64,000 bases of DNA from NCBI GenBank assembly GCA_963779655.1, contig CAVZZD010000011.1:382-64381 (forward strand). Direction: 5' to 3'. This stretch comes from an uncultured Actinomycetota bacterium (GTDB lineage Bacteria > Actinomycetota > Actinomycetes > Mycobacteriales > Mycobacteriaceae). Positions 10,772-19,728 of the stretch are shown piece by piece. A program made the position numbers and the translations under genes. Below the pieces are notes generated by a model. It was not told the DNA's origin. It saw nothing but the letters and a program-made list of their open reading frames with translations, and ran no database searches. Position 1 is the first letter of the stretch; each line of letters opens with the position of its first letter.

Positions 10772-10991
10772 CAGGCAGTCCCATGGTCGAGATGTGTCCG
10801 CCCGAAGTAACGCTAATCGGCGCGACGTGCGTGCGATCGAAAATGACGCGTCGCGCGCCGACGCCGCCGGCCAGAAGACCGATCGCGACCCAGCAAAAGG
10901 TGGGCACATCTGACCGAGCGTGCGCGCCAGCGCGAGGTCGAGGCTGCTAGGAGAGTTCCGCGACGACGTCGTCCGTGCAACATAAGTTGCG

Positions 10992-12020
10992 CTACGGCCT
11001 TTTCCCCGGCGGTCCGACTTCTGTCGCAGTGCTGCCCGGGGTGTGGTCCACTAGGACTGCGCCGTCGCACTGATCGCCGAGTGTCTGAAGCGCGATATCG
11101 GCGCCGCCGCAGGTGAGGCGCACGATCTGCGCCAATTGATCGGGGGTGTCAGATTGCAGGTAGTGATCGGCGCTCGGGACGATCCAGTAACGGTTTGTGC
11201 CGGGTTTGTGCTTGAGAAAGGCCTGCCACACGTAGTTCGCGACGCGCACCGGCGAGATGTTGTCGTGCAGACCCCACACCAGCGTGGTGTTGATGTCGCT
11301 GGTCGAAAGTGCAGTGAGCCAACTAGTTTCATCGGCGGCGCGCTCGTGCAAGTATTGAATCGTATCGGGCAGCACGCGGACGCCGTCGTTGTAGGCAAAG
11401 CATTTCGCCAGGGCGGCGATCTCGGGGTCGGCCAGGGTGCGCCGCGGCATGAAGGTGCTCGCGCCCAGCCCTGCCGCCAACATCTCCGGCGTCGTCGCCG
11501 CCGCGGTGGCACGTCCGGTGGTGATATCGAGCAGCGCGGTTTGGAACGCGGTGAGATTGCCCAGTGGCAGGTAGATGTTGGCGTTGGTGATGATGACGTC
11601 CGTCGGTACCAACTGTGGATGTTCGGCTGCGAGTATGCCTAGGGCGATCATCCCGACACTGCTACCGCGGTCGTGGGTGATCATCGCGTAGTCGGTGAGA
11701 TTCCATACCTGGCTGATGGCGTGGACAAGTAGACGCGCGTCGTCATACAACGAATAGACATAGGGTGCTGGTGGCTTGTCCGAGCACCCGTAGCCGGGGA
11801 AGTCCAGCAGGAAGATGTCGAACTCGGCGCCGAGTTCACCTACGAGTGCGAAATAGTCGATGCTCGAGGTGGGGAAGCCGTGAACACACACCAGGGCAGG
11901 TGCGCCCGGCGTGCCAGCGCGCCGGGTGAACACGGTGACCTCCTGTCTTTCGTTGGCTGGGGTTGACGACTGCCAGCCAAATGTCGTTGCGCCGCTGGAC
12001 CATTGCGCGAAGATGTCCAT
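10992..12020 (-). CDS. alpha/beta fold hydrolase (epoxide hydrolase/MEST-like)
   Basis: HGFPTSS, DFPGYG, HDRG, ADHY. Confidence 0.85.
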   Translation of the reverse strand: MDIFAQWSSGATTFGWQSSTPANERQEVTVFTRRAGTPGAPALVCVHGFPTSSIDYFALVGELGAEFDIFLLDFPGYGCSDKPPAPYVYSLYDDARLLVHAISQVWNLTDYAMITHDRGSSVGMIALGILAAEHPQLVPTDVIITNANIYLPLGNLTAFQTALLDITTGRATAAATTPEMLAAGLGASTFMPRRTLADPEIAALAKCFAYNDGVRVLPDTIQYLHERAADETSWLTALSTSDINTTLVWGLHDNISPVRVANYVWQAFLKHKPGTNRYWIVPSADHYLQSDTPDQLAQIVRLTCGGADIALQTLGDQCDGAVLVDHTPGSTATEVGPPGKRP

Positions 12021-12081
12021 GAGTGTCCGCCCTTTCCGACCGCTTTCGGTCCTGACGATAGTTCGGAGGCCCACAACCCCA

Positions 12082-12154
12082 CTCGAGCCCGCATCAAATC
12101 CGCTCGGGCGGCTTCCCGGGTGCGGACCAGATCTCGGGCGGCCTCCTCGGCCGC
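12082..12154 (-). pseudogene. IS110-family transposase fragment
   Basis: EEAARDLVRTREAARADLMRAR, typical of the IS110 coiled-coil region. Confidence 0.55.
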
Positions 12155-12620
12155 AACAAAGGTGACTCCGTATCTCGCAGTCGTCAACGTTTCAGGCGGG
12201 ACATTTGAACCTCGAGCAAGTAAAAGCGATTGAGGCCACAGGAAAAGAGATCGAAAGATATGACCTCGCCGCCGGCGATATTGTTCTGACCGAAGGCGGC
12301 GACCCTGACAAACTCGGCCGCGGGACCGTGTGGCGGGATGAATTACCGCTCTGCCTTCAGCAAAATCACATCTTTCGAGTGCGGATGCGCGATGATCGGC
12401 TTACCTTTCGGCGTACCTGGCGAGCAGACCTGCCAAGGACTATTTCTTCCGGTATGCGAAGCAGACTACAGGTATCGCGTCGATCAATATGACCCAGCTG
12501 CGCATCACTCCGATCTATATTCGCCCCTATGAAAACAACAATGGTATTTGAGCCGCGTTCGCAAAATCAGTGAGCAGCAGCTGACGGCCAAAACGCAGGC
12601 AATCTCGCTCCCGCTGCCGT
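12155..12620 (+). pseudogene. type I restriction-modification specificity subunit (HsdS) fragment
   Basis: PYLAVVNV..GDIVLTEGGDPDKLGRG..QNHIFRVR..AKQTTGIASINMTQL across frameshifts. Confidence 0.8.
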
Positions 12621-13129
12621 CGGCGTCGCCCGCGGGGACTTTGGAGTGTGAGGGCACGCTGATGCTTTCGGGTTCCCGCGGATGCGTTCGGTGGTCGCCA
12701 GCTGCTGCCGGTTGAGCATGTCGGGTGGGTGTGCCATGACACCTTCAGCGCGGCACCTTTTTCAAGCTAACTGCGCAGCATGACGGTTAGCTGAGCTGGG
12801 CGCTTGGGTCAGCGTGTCGACATTTGGGACTTCACCTGATTTCTGCTGATCCAGTGGCCCGCGGGAATACATGGCAATGCGACGGCGCCGAGTTGATTTC
12901 GCGGCCCACCAATTAGAGCTTGACAAAACCTGATCAATTCCATCAAGAGAGCTGTACATAACCTGTACGAGTACCGCGGAATGGGTAGTCGAGTAGTCAG
13001 CTACCCTATGCAACCGCTGGATACCGCCCATAAAGTCCGACATGTTCTAGTCGAAATCTGGCATCGGACAGGATTTTGGGTCACACAGTCAAAATTCTGG
13101 GTCAGTTACAGTCATCTGGGGGGATTCAA

Positions 13130-13340
13130 ATGGGTCAACTAGCGTGGCGTTTTTGTAACCAGTATTTCTCGATGTTATTCGACGGTTCCCTCAACAAGAA
13201 GGCATGTCCGGCAGCCGGCGGGCGCACAGCGCAGGGATTCATGTTCGTGCTCCCGCACGATATCCCCACTGAACAAGACGTCATGACTTTTGGCTCGGGG
13301 CCTTTAACGTGCGGGCTACCACTGAGTGGATCAGCACACC
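13130..13340 (+). pseudogene. degenerate Cys-motif repeat domain fragment (WRFC...FDG...CPAGG-type)
   Basis: QLAWRFCNQYFSMLFDGSLNKKACPAAGGRTAQGFMFVLPHD resembles a repeat I recall from actinobacterial proteins; Cys/His partly lost. Confidence 0.35.
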
Positions 13341-13423
13341 CGGTGGTCAAATCCGTTGGTACGAAACGAAATTGCGCCAAGTCTTCTTCCCTCCATCCGA
13401 TCTAAGACCAAGGAGATCGATCC

Positions 13424-13894
13424 ATGTCTCGAAACGCTCGGTGGTTTGTCGGCTGCGCCGGCGCGGCGCTCATTGGCGTCGTCTCGCTGACATCGGTGAC
13501 ACTGCAGGCCCAAGCCACCCCCAACGTCGGTGTGACCGGCGAGCAGCTCAGCAAAGCGACAGTCGAACACGTCCGCATCGCTCCTGATGGCCCGGTCGAC
13601 ATCCAGTTCTCCGTCCTCACCGTCGAACCGGGCGGAAGCGTCGGCTGGCACACACATCCAGGTGACGTGCTCGTGAACGTCGCCGACGGAACCGCGACCC
13701 TATACGAGGCCGACGACACGCAATGCCAGCCGGCCACTTTCGGCGTCGGGCAAGGCTGGGTCGAGCACCCGAACCATGTGCACACCGTCCACAACCAGAC
13801 GGACAAGCCGCTGAAGCTCGACGTCGTTCTGATCACGCCGGCAGGCATGGATCCTGGCGTCAGCGCACCGAACCCGGGCAACTGCCCGTTCTGA
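13424..13894 (+). CDS. secreted cupin-domain protein
   Basis: RBS AAGGAG; signal peptide ending AQA; PGGSVGWHTHPG and EHPNHVH metal-binding motifs. Confidence 0.88.
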   Translation: MSRNARWFVGCAGAALIGVVSLTSVTLQAQATPNVGVTGEQLSKATVEHVRIAPDGPVDIQFSVLTVEPGGSVGWHTHPGDVLVNVADGTATLYEADDTQCQPATFGVGQGWVEHPNHVHTVHNQTDKPLKLDVVLITPAGMDPGVSAPNPGNCPF

Positions 13895-13929
13895 AACCCG
13901 TCCGCGCTCAACCGAAAGGAGGTGACCAA

Positions 13930-13968
13930 ATGATTGCTCCACCCGTTTTCCGTGGCCCGACCTGCTGA
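13930..13968 (+). CDS. 12-aa peptide MIAPPVFRGPTC, candidate RiPP precursor
   Basis: Near-perfect SD AAAGGAGGTGA 4 nt before the ATG; ends in Cys; followed by a hairpin and a LanD-like flavoprotein gene. Confidence 0.7.
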   Translation: MIAPPVFRGPTC

Positions 13969-13973
13969 GCCCC

Positions 13974-14011
13974 GAGGGGGGTCGCCCAGCCACCGCCGGG
14001 CGACCCCCCTC
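13974..14011 (+). terminator. 14-bp GC-rich stem-loop after the small ORF (partial terminator or mRNA stabiliser)
   Basis: GAGGGGGGTCGCCC-N10-GGGCGACCCCCCTC perfect inverted repeat, no U-tract. Confidence 0.7.
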
Positions 14012-14045
14012 CCGATCTGCCAAGCCCAACCCGAGGAGAAAAGTC

Positions 14046-14588
14046 ATGCAACAAGGTGCGCTCGTCGTGATCGCTGCAGGTGCCAGCGCATCCCTGGTTT
14101 TGCCGCTCTACCTGACAGAGCTTCGCGAAACCCAAGGTGAGATCGTTGTCCTGCTCACGCGGAGCGCGGAACGGTTCGTGCCGCGAGAAGTGGTCGGCTG
14201 GCTGGCTGACGAAGTCATCACCTCCGACAGCCCTACTCTCAATCCGATAAAACTCGCCCTGACCTCTAAGGGCATCGTGGTGCTCCCCGCGACAGCCCAC
14301 ATGCTGGCCGCCAGGGCGCTGGGACTCGCGTCGACTCCTGCTGCCACGACGCTGCTCGCGGCCCCCCGCCCATGCCTATGGTTTCCCCACATGAACAAGG
14401 TGATGTGGGACAAGCCCGTCATCCAACGGCACGTGGCGAGCCTGCGAGAGGACGGCGAGACTGTGGTGGAGCCGGAATCCCGTGTCGTGTACGAAATGTG
14501 GCGAGGCGCCCACGGCGACGGTGTCTCGATGGCCCCTCCGGACAAGGCCGCCGTCATTGTCAGCGAATGGCTCGATGAGCGCCCGTGA
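14046..14588 (+). CDS. HFCD flavoprotein, LanD/EpiD-like peptidyl-cysteine decarboxylase
   Basis: VLPATAHM (PASANT motif), FPHMNKVMW (PxMNxxMW motif); no ACG motif of PPC decarboxylases; RBS GAGGAG. Confidence 0.85.
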   Translation: MQQGALVVIAAGASASLVLPLYLTELRETQGEIVVLLTRSAERFVPREVVGWLADEVITSDSPTLNPIKLALTSKGIVVLPATAHMLAARALGLASTPAATTLLAAPRPCLWFPHMNKVMWDKPVIQRHVASLREDGETVVEPESRVVYEMWRGAHGDGVSMAPPDKAAVIVSEWLDERP

Positions 14589-15822
14589 GATATTGCGGCA
14601 GCGCGACTTTCGGCTGCTGTTCATCGGCCAGACCGCGTCTGGGGCCGGCGACGCCCCCGCCATGCTGGCGATCACCTTTTTCGTATTGGAGATCGGCGGA
14701 TCGGCTACTGCGCTCGGTTGCGTGCTCGCCGCGCGTTTCGTGCCGCTGACCGGACTTCTCCTGCTCGGTGGGGTACTCGCAGACCGATTTCCGCGCCGGG
14801 AGCTGATGATCGCGTCGGACCTCGCGCGGGCGGCCACGCAGGCAGTGCTGGCTGTCCTGCTCCTAATTGGCACAGCGCAACTGTGGCAGGTCATCGCACT
14901 GCAGGTGATCTGCGGAAGCGCGGAAGCGTTCTTTACACCGGCGCTCGGCGGGATCCTGCCGCAAATCGTGCCGTCATCGTCGTTGCGCGAGGCGAACGCG
15001 CTGGTATCGACGTCCACCAGCCTGCTCCGCGTCGCCGGCCCGGCGGTGGGCGCGGTGCTCATCGCGGCGGCGGGGCCGGGCGCGGCCGTGGCAATGGACG
15101 CCGCCAGCTTCCTGGTCAGCGCCGTTGCGCTGATGGGCGTACGCAGAATGTCCGCAACCGAGCGAACAACACGCGAACCCCTGTTGGTTGCGCTGCGTAC
15201 GGGCTGGAGCGAAGTGCGTTCCCGAACCTGGGTCTGGGCGTCGATCGCGAACTTCACCGTATTCAGCGCAGTGGCGTGGCCCGCTGTGCTGGTGCTGGGC
15301 CCGCTGGCCGCAAAGCGGGACTTCGGCGGCCCGGCCGGCTGGGCGGTGATCATGGCGACCTTCGCCGGCGGCGCGATGCTCGGCAGCGCGGTGGCGATGC
15401 GTGTACCCGCCCGCTCCCCGGCGACCGCCTGCGCGGTGCTGCTGGCTGTCGCAGCAGCGCGTCCGGCGATGCTGGTCAGCGGGTTCGGGCTGCCGACTAT
15501 CGGCGTGTACAGCGTGATGTCCGGGGCTGCGATGTCGATGGCGATCGTGTACTGGGAAACCCTGTTGCAGGAACGGATACCACTGACGGTTCTCTCCCGG
15601 GTCAGGTCGATCGACGAGTTCGGCTCGACGCTGCTCACGCCGGTCGCCTACGTTGCCATCGGTCCGCTGGCGGCCTACATCGGGCTGACCGGGGGAATGT
15701 TGCTGCTGGCTGCCGTTTCCGTCGCCGCCAGCGTCGTGACAGCCGCGGTTCCGGCAGTAAGACATCTGTCCGACGGGAAAGTCCCAGTTGCCTTAAGGCC
15801 CAAGGCGACGTCTCGTTTCTAG
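14575..15822 (+). CDS. MFS transporter (DHA3/macrolide-efflux-like)
   Basis: About 12 hydrophobic segments; GGVLADRFPRR motif A; overlaps the flavoprotein stop. Confidence 0.9.
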   Translation: MSAREILRQRDFRLLFIGQTASGAGDAPAMLAITFFVLEIGGSATALGCVLAARFVPLTGLLLLGGVLADRFPRRELMIASDLARAATQAVLAVLLLIGTAQLWQVIALQVICGSAEAFFTPALGGILPQIVPSSSLREANALVSTSTSLLRVAGPAVGAVLIAAAGPGAAVAMDAASFLVSAVALMGVRRMSATERTTREPLLVALRTGWSEVRSRTWVWASIANFTVFSAVAWPAVLVLGPLAAKRDFGGPAGWAVIMATFAGGAMLGSAVAMRVPARSPATACAVLLAVAAARPAMLVSGFGLPTIGVYSVMSGAAMSMAIVYWETLLQERIPLTVLSRVRSIDEFGSTLLTPVAYVAIGPLAAYIGLTGGMLLLAAVSVAASVVTAAVPAVRHLSDGKVPVALRPKATSRF

Positions 15823-16351
15823 GACGTTGCTCATTTAGTGGCGCGGTTTTCGGCGTGGCTGAGCGGTGTTGATGCGGATGGTCCGCGAAAATCGTTGTGT
15901 TCGCGCAGGAGCATGTCTGCCCCGCCGGCGCGGTCGCTGCGCGCGCCGATTGCGGCAGACACCCTGTATGTCAACGGGAGTGATCGAAGACTCCGTACTG
16001 ACCGCCGAGCCACCCCTGCTGTCGCGCATCGCATCCCAGGACGCGAAGTTCGCGCCGCGCAGCTCCGCCAGCCCCGGCTGAGCCAGCGGATACGCACTGG
16101 AACGCACAGCGGCATCGCCGCAGCACTCGCCGCCGAGGTGCGATCCCCGCAGCCGGCGGCTGACCATCGAGTCGCCGTCCCTGCGGCAGCAGTCGGCGGC
16201 AAGTGTCCTTATGCGCTGGGCCCGTCGCCATTGCGGTCAGCGGAATGGACTGAGCGGTCCCGACATGCCGTTGAGACACTGGAGACAAAGCGAGCGCCCT
16301 GAACTGCACCGAGGAGACGCATTCGTACACCATTCGATCCCTTGTGCATGC

Positions 16352-16394
16352 TTTACACACCAGCGGTCGGCGGTTCGATCCCGTCCACGCCCAC
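16352..16394 (+). mobile_element. 3' half of tRNA-Val(TAC), probable att site (attR-like)
   Basis: TTTACAC anticodon loop + ACCAG + variable loop + T-arm GGCGG-TTCGATC-CCGTC + CACGCCCAC; no D-arm or 5' acceptor strand upstream. Confidence 0.85.
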
Positions 16395-16581
16395 TCTGCT
16401 CATCTAGGAATCTCGTGCCTCCACGATCACCGATCGTGCCTCAAATCCAAACCGAGACTCGTACGCTCCTTTACTGGGGGTCTCCCACATCTGTGGCTCT
16501 ACCGGCCAGGACGCGCGTGCTGACGGCAGCCCCCACCGTCACATATCCGTCCGGAGCCAGTTGAGACCGAAGGAGTCAACG

Positions 16582-17988
16582 ATGATCAGAACGCACACGG
16601 TTGTCGCGGGGGAGACGCTGTCGGCATTGGCGTTGCGCTTCTATGGTGACGCGGAACTACATCGGCTGATCACCACGGCCAGCGGCATCGCCACCCCAGG
16701 CGACGCCACCCTGGCCAAGGGGGTCGCCGATACCGACCTCGTCGATGTGGGGGAACGGCTGGCCTTCCCCGACTTCACGCGATACGCCGTTGTCGCCGGG
16801 GACACGCTGTCGGCGTTGGCTGCGCGTTTCTACGGTGACGCCTCGCTCTATCCGCTGATCGCCACCGCCAGCGGGATCACCAATCCCGACGCGATCGATG
16901 TGGGGCAATCGCTGATCATCCCGGAAATCACGAGACACACGGTGGTCGCGGGGGACACGTTGTCGGCGTTGGCTGCCCGTTTCTATGGTGACGCGTCCCT
17001 TTACCCGCTGATCGCCGCCGTCAACGGCATCGCCGATCCCGACTCCATCGACGTCGGGCAGTCACTGGTCATATTCGCCGGAGTCAGCGACGGGTTCGGG
17101 CTGACGATCGTGGATCGCAACGAGAACGACCCTCGCTTGAAGTACTACCGGTTCCAGACCAGCGCGATCGGCTGGAATCCCGGCGTCAACGTCCTGCTTC
17201 CCGACGGCTACCAAACCAGCGGACGCACCTATCCCGTCCTTTACATGTTCCACGGCGGCGCCGACGACTTCCGCCAGTTCGACTTTCTGGGCATCCGCGA
17301 CCTGACCGCCGGAAAGCCGATCATCGTCGTGATGCCCGACGGCGGGCACGCGGGCTGGTACTCCAACCCGGTCACCTCGTTCGTCGGCCCGCGGAACTGG
17401 GAGACATTCCACATCGCCCAGCTGCTGCCCTGGATCGAGGCGAATTTCCGAACGTATGCCGAGTACAACGGCCGTGCGGTCGGCGGGTTTTCGATGGGTG
17501 GCTTCGGTGCGCTGAAGTACGCAGCCAAGTACTACGGCCACTTCGCCTCGGTGAGCGCCCACTCCGGCCCGGCGAGTCTGCGCCGCGACTTCGGCCTGGT
17601 CGTGCACTGGGCGAACATCACCTCGGCGGCCCTGGATCTGGCCGGCGGCACCGTCTACGGCGCGCCGTTCTGGAACCAGGCCAGGGTCAGCGCCGACAAT
17701 CCGATCGAGCGGATCGAGAGCTACCGGAACAAGCGGATCTTCCTGGTCGCCGGCACCAGCCCGGACCCGCTCAACTGGTTCGACAGCGTGAACGAGACCC
17801 AGGTCCTGGCCGGCCAGCGGGAGTTCCGCGGACTCCTCCGTAACGCCGGCATCCCGCACGAATGGCATGAGCAGCCCGGCGGCCACATCTTCCGGCCCGA
17901 CATGTTCGCCATCGACATCAACGGCATCATCGCCCGGCTGCGACCGGCGGCTGTCGTGCCAGCCTTTAGTCCGCCGCCGGAGCTGTAA
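16582..17988 (+). CDS. 3x LysM + putative esterase (antigen 85/S-formylglutathione hydrolase-like) fusion
   Basis: Three VVAG(E/D)TLSALAxRFYGD repeats; YPVLYMFHG, GFSMGG, GGH; RBS AAGGAG; no signal peptide. Confidence 0.9.
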   Translation: MIRTHTVVAGETLSALALRFYGDAELHRLITTASGIATPGDATLAKGVADTDLVDVGERLAFPDFTRYAVVAGDTLSALAARFYGDASLYPLIATASGITNPDAIDVGQSLIIPEITRHTVVAGDTLSALAARFYGDASLYPLIAAVNGIADPDSIDVGQSLVIFAGVSDGFGLTIVDRNENDPRLKYYRFQTSAIGWNPGVNVLLPDGYQTSGRTYPVLYMFHGGADDFRQFDFLGIRDLTAGKPIIVVMPDGGHAGWYSNPVTSFVGPRNWETFHIAQLLPWIEANFRTYAEYNGRAVGGFSMGGFGALKYAAKYYGHFASVSAHSGPASLRRDFGLVVHWANITSAALDLAGGTVYGAPFWNQARVSADNPIERIESYRNKRIFLVAGTSPDPLNWFDSVNETQVLAGQREFRGLLRNAGIPHEWHEQPGGHIFRPDMFAIDINGIIARLRPAAVVPAFSPPPEL

Positions 17989-18097
17989 CCGGACAGCGTC
18001 GACCGCGCAGTCGCTGCCGGCGTCGTTCGTCGGGAGAGTGGTTCGCAAACCACTACCTAGAAGGGGGAGATGACTACACGCTCGTGGAGTGGGCCTG

Positions 18098-19195
18098 ATG
18101 GCTAGATACTGGCCACTGGGCACCGGCTGGATCATCACCAGTCCTTTCGGTCCCCGTGCCGGTGGATTCCACGCGGGTACCGATTTCGGATTTCCCGGCG
18201 GGTCAGCCGGCAAGCCGGTTTACGCCTGTGCCAGCGGGACCGTCATCTACGCCGGTGCCGCACAGGGCTACGGCGGGCCGGATCCCGCCGGTTGGCTTGT
18301 CGTCGACCATCCCGCCGCGGTTGGAGGTGGTTGCACCGAATACGGCCACATCATCCGGGAGGTTGCCCGCGGCGACCGCGTGACGGCTGGACAACGTATT
18401 GCCCGCATCAACCCCGACTCGGCCACCAACGGCGGCGTCGCACCGCACGTGCACCTGTCGGTGATGCCGCGCGAGTACAACCCGAAAGCCAAGATCGATC
18501 CGATTCCATGGCTGGCCGGTGCGCTGGAACCACCGGCGGCCGCGACCATCTTCGGCCCGGACATCAGCAACAACAACGGTGTGGTGGACCTCGACCGGGT
18601 CAAGGCCGAGGGCTTCGAGTTCGTGTGGGCGAAAGTCAGTGAGGGTGCCATCTTCCGGGACACCTACTGGCCACGCACCCGCGACTGGGCGCGCAGAATC
18701 GGCCTGATCCTGGCCGGATACCACTACATCCGGACGAGCGATCCGAACCGGCAGGCTGACCTGTTCGTCGACCAGCTCGGCGACAGGTCTGTCCCGGCCA
18801 TGCTCGACTTCGAGGACGGTAGCGGCGGCATCGACAATTTCTGGGCGGTGCTGCAGGCCATCGAGGCCCGTGGCGTGCACGTGGCGCTGTCCTACATCCC
18901 ACGCTGGTACTGGGACCGCATCGGCAGGCCCGACCTGTCGCGGGTGCCCGGCTTGATCCAGTCGAGCTATGTGAGCGGCACCGGCTTCGCATCGGTGCTG
19001 TACCCGGGTGACGGCTCGATCAGGTGGGCAGCGTACGGCGGACGCCAGCCCGACATTCTCCAGTTCACCGATAGGGCGCTGATCGCTGGAAAGAAACTGG
19101 ATGCCAATGCGTTTCGGGGTTCACCTGACCAACTCCGGACGCTGCTCGGACTCCCACCCGAAGCAGACGCCGGAGAAATTGCCCGGAACCTGTGA
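18098..19195 (+). CDS. M23 peptidase + GH25 muramidase (endolysin/lysin A-like)
   Basis: HAGTD and PHVH (M23); DISNNNG, KVSEG, YHY, LDFE, QFT, DAN (GH25). Confidence 0.9.
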   Translation: MARYWPLGTGWIITSPFGPRAGGFHAGTDFGFPGGSAGKPVYACASGTVIYAGAAQGYGGPDPAGWLVVDHPAAVGGGCTEYGHIIREVARGDRVTAGQRIARINPDSATNGGVAPHVHLSVMPREYNPKAKIDPIPWLAGALEPPAAATIFGPDISNNNGVVDLDRVKAEGFEFVWAKVSEGAIFRDTYWPRTRDWARRIGLILAGYHYIRTSDPNRQADLFVDQLGDRSVPAMLDFEDGSGGIDNFWAVLQAIEARGVHVALSYIPRWYWDRIGRPDLSRVPGLIQSSYVSGTGFASVLYPGDGSIRWAAYGGRQPDILQFTDRALIAGKKLDANAFRGSPDQLRTLLGLPPEADAGEIARNL

Positions 19196-19728
19196 ACCCG
19201 ACGGTGGAACTACTGGAGAACATCGCGGGCATCTGACGCGAATCCACGAGTCCGCTGCGCCGTCGCGGTGAGGCGCGGTGCACACCTGTGCCGCGTTCGC
19301 CCGGACCGCGGACGGTTTGGCGCATCCCGAGTCCGTCACGTAGATGGGTGAAGCCGGCGTTGCTCCCGGTTGACTGATTCTTTGCCAGTTCTGCTTGTCG
19401 TTGGTGTGTTCTCTTCCATGTCGGAGGTGAACTCCCCACGGGCCCGGGGAAGCCGGGACGGGTATGCATGCCGTCGAATACTGGTGGCGGAGTCGTGGTG
19501 GGCGGGCAAATCTACTGGAGCAGATGCATTTCCACAAGATTTGGTCTCGATCTGGTTGGTAAAAACTGAGTTACCGAAATCGCTTGCCGGGCAGGATCGC
19601 GCACCACCAGCCCCAATTGGCCGAACAGCTGAATCTCGCCCGTATTTTTTGCCATATCCGCGCGGCAATGCGATTGTTATGCCAAACTGCGCGCGGGGTT
19701 TGGTGGGGGTCACCGGAAGGTTTACGGC

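Noticed and set aside
15831-16350. ORFs between the MFS gene and the att remnant as an extra RiPP enzyme or excisionase
   Set aside because: No recognisable motif, RBS or consistent frame
16352-16394. Functional tRNA gene
   Set aside because: D-arm and 5' acceptor strand are absent; treated as an att remnant
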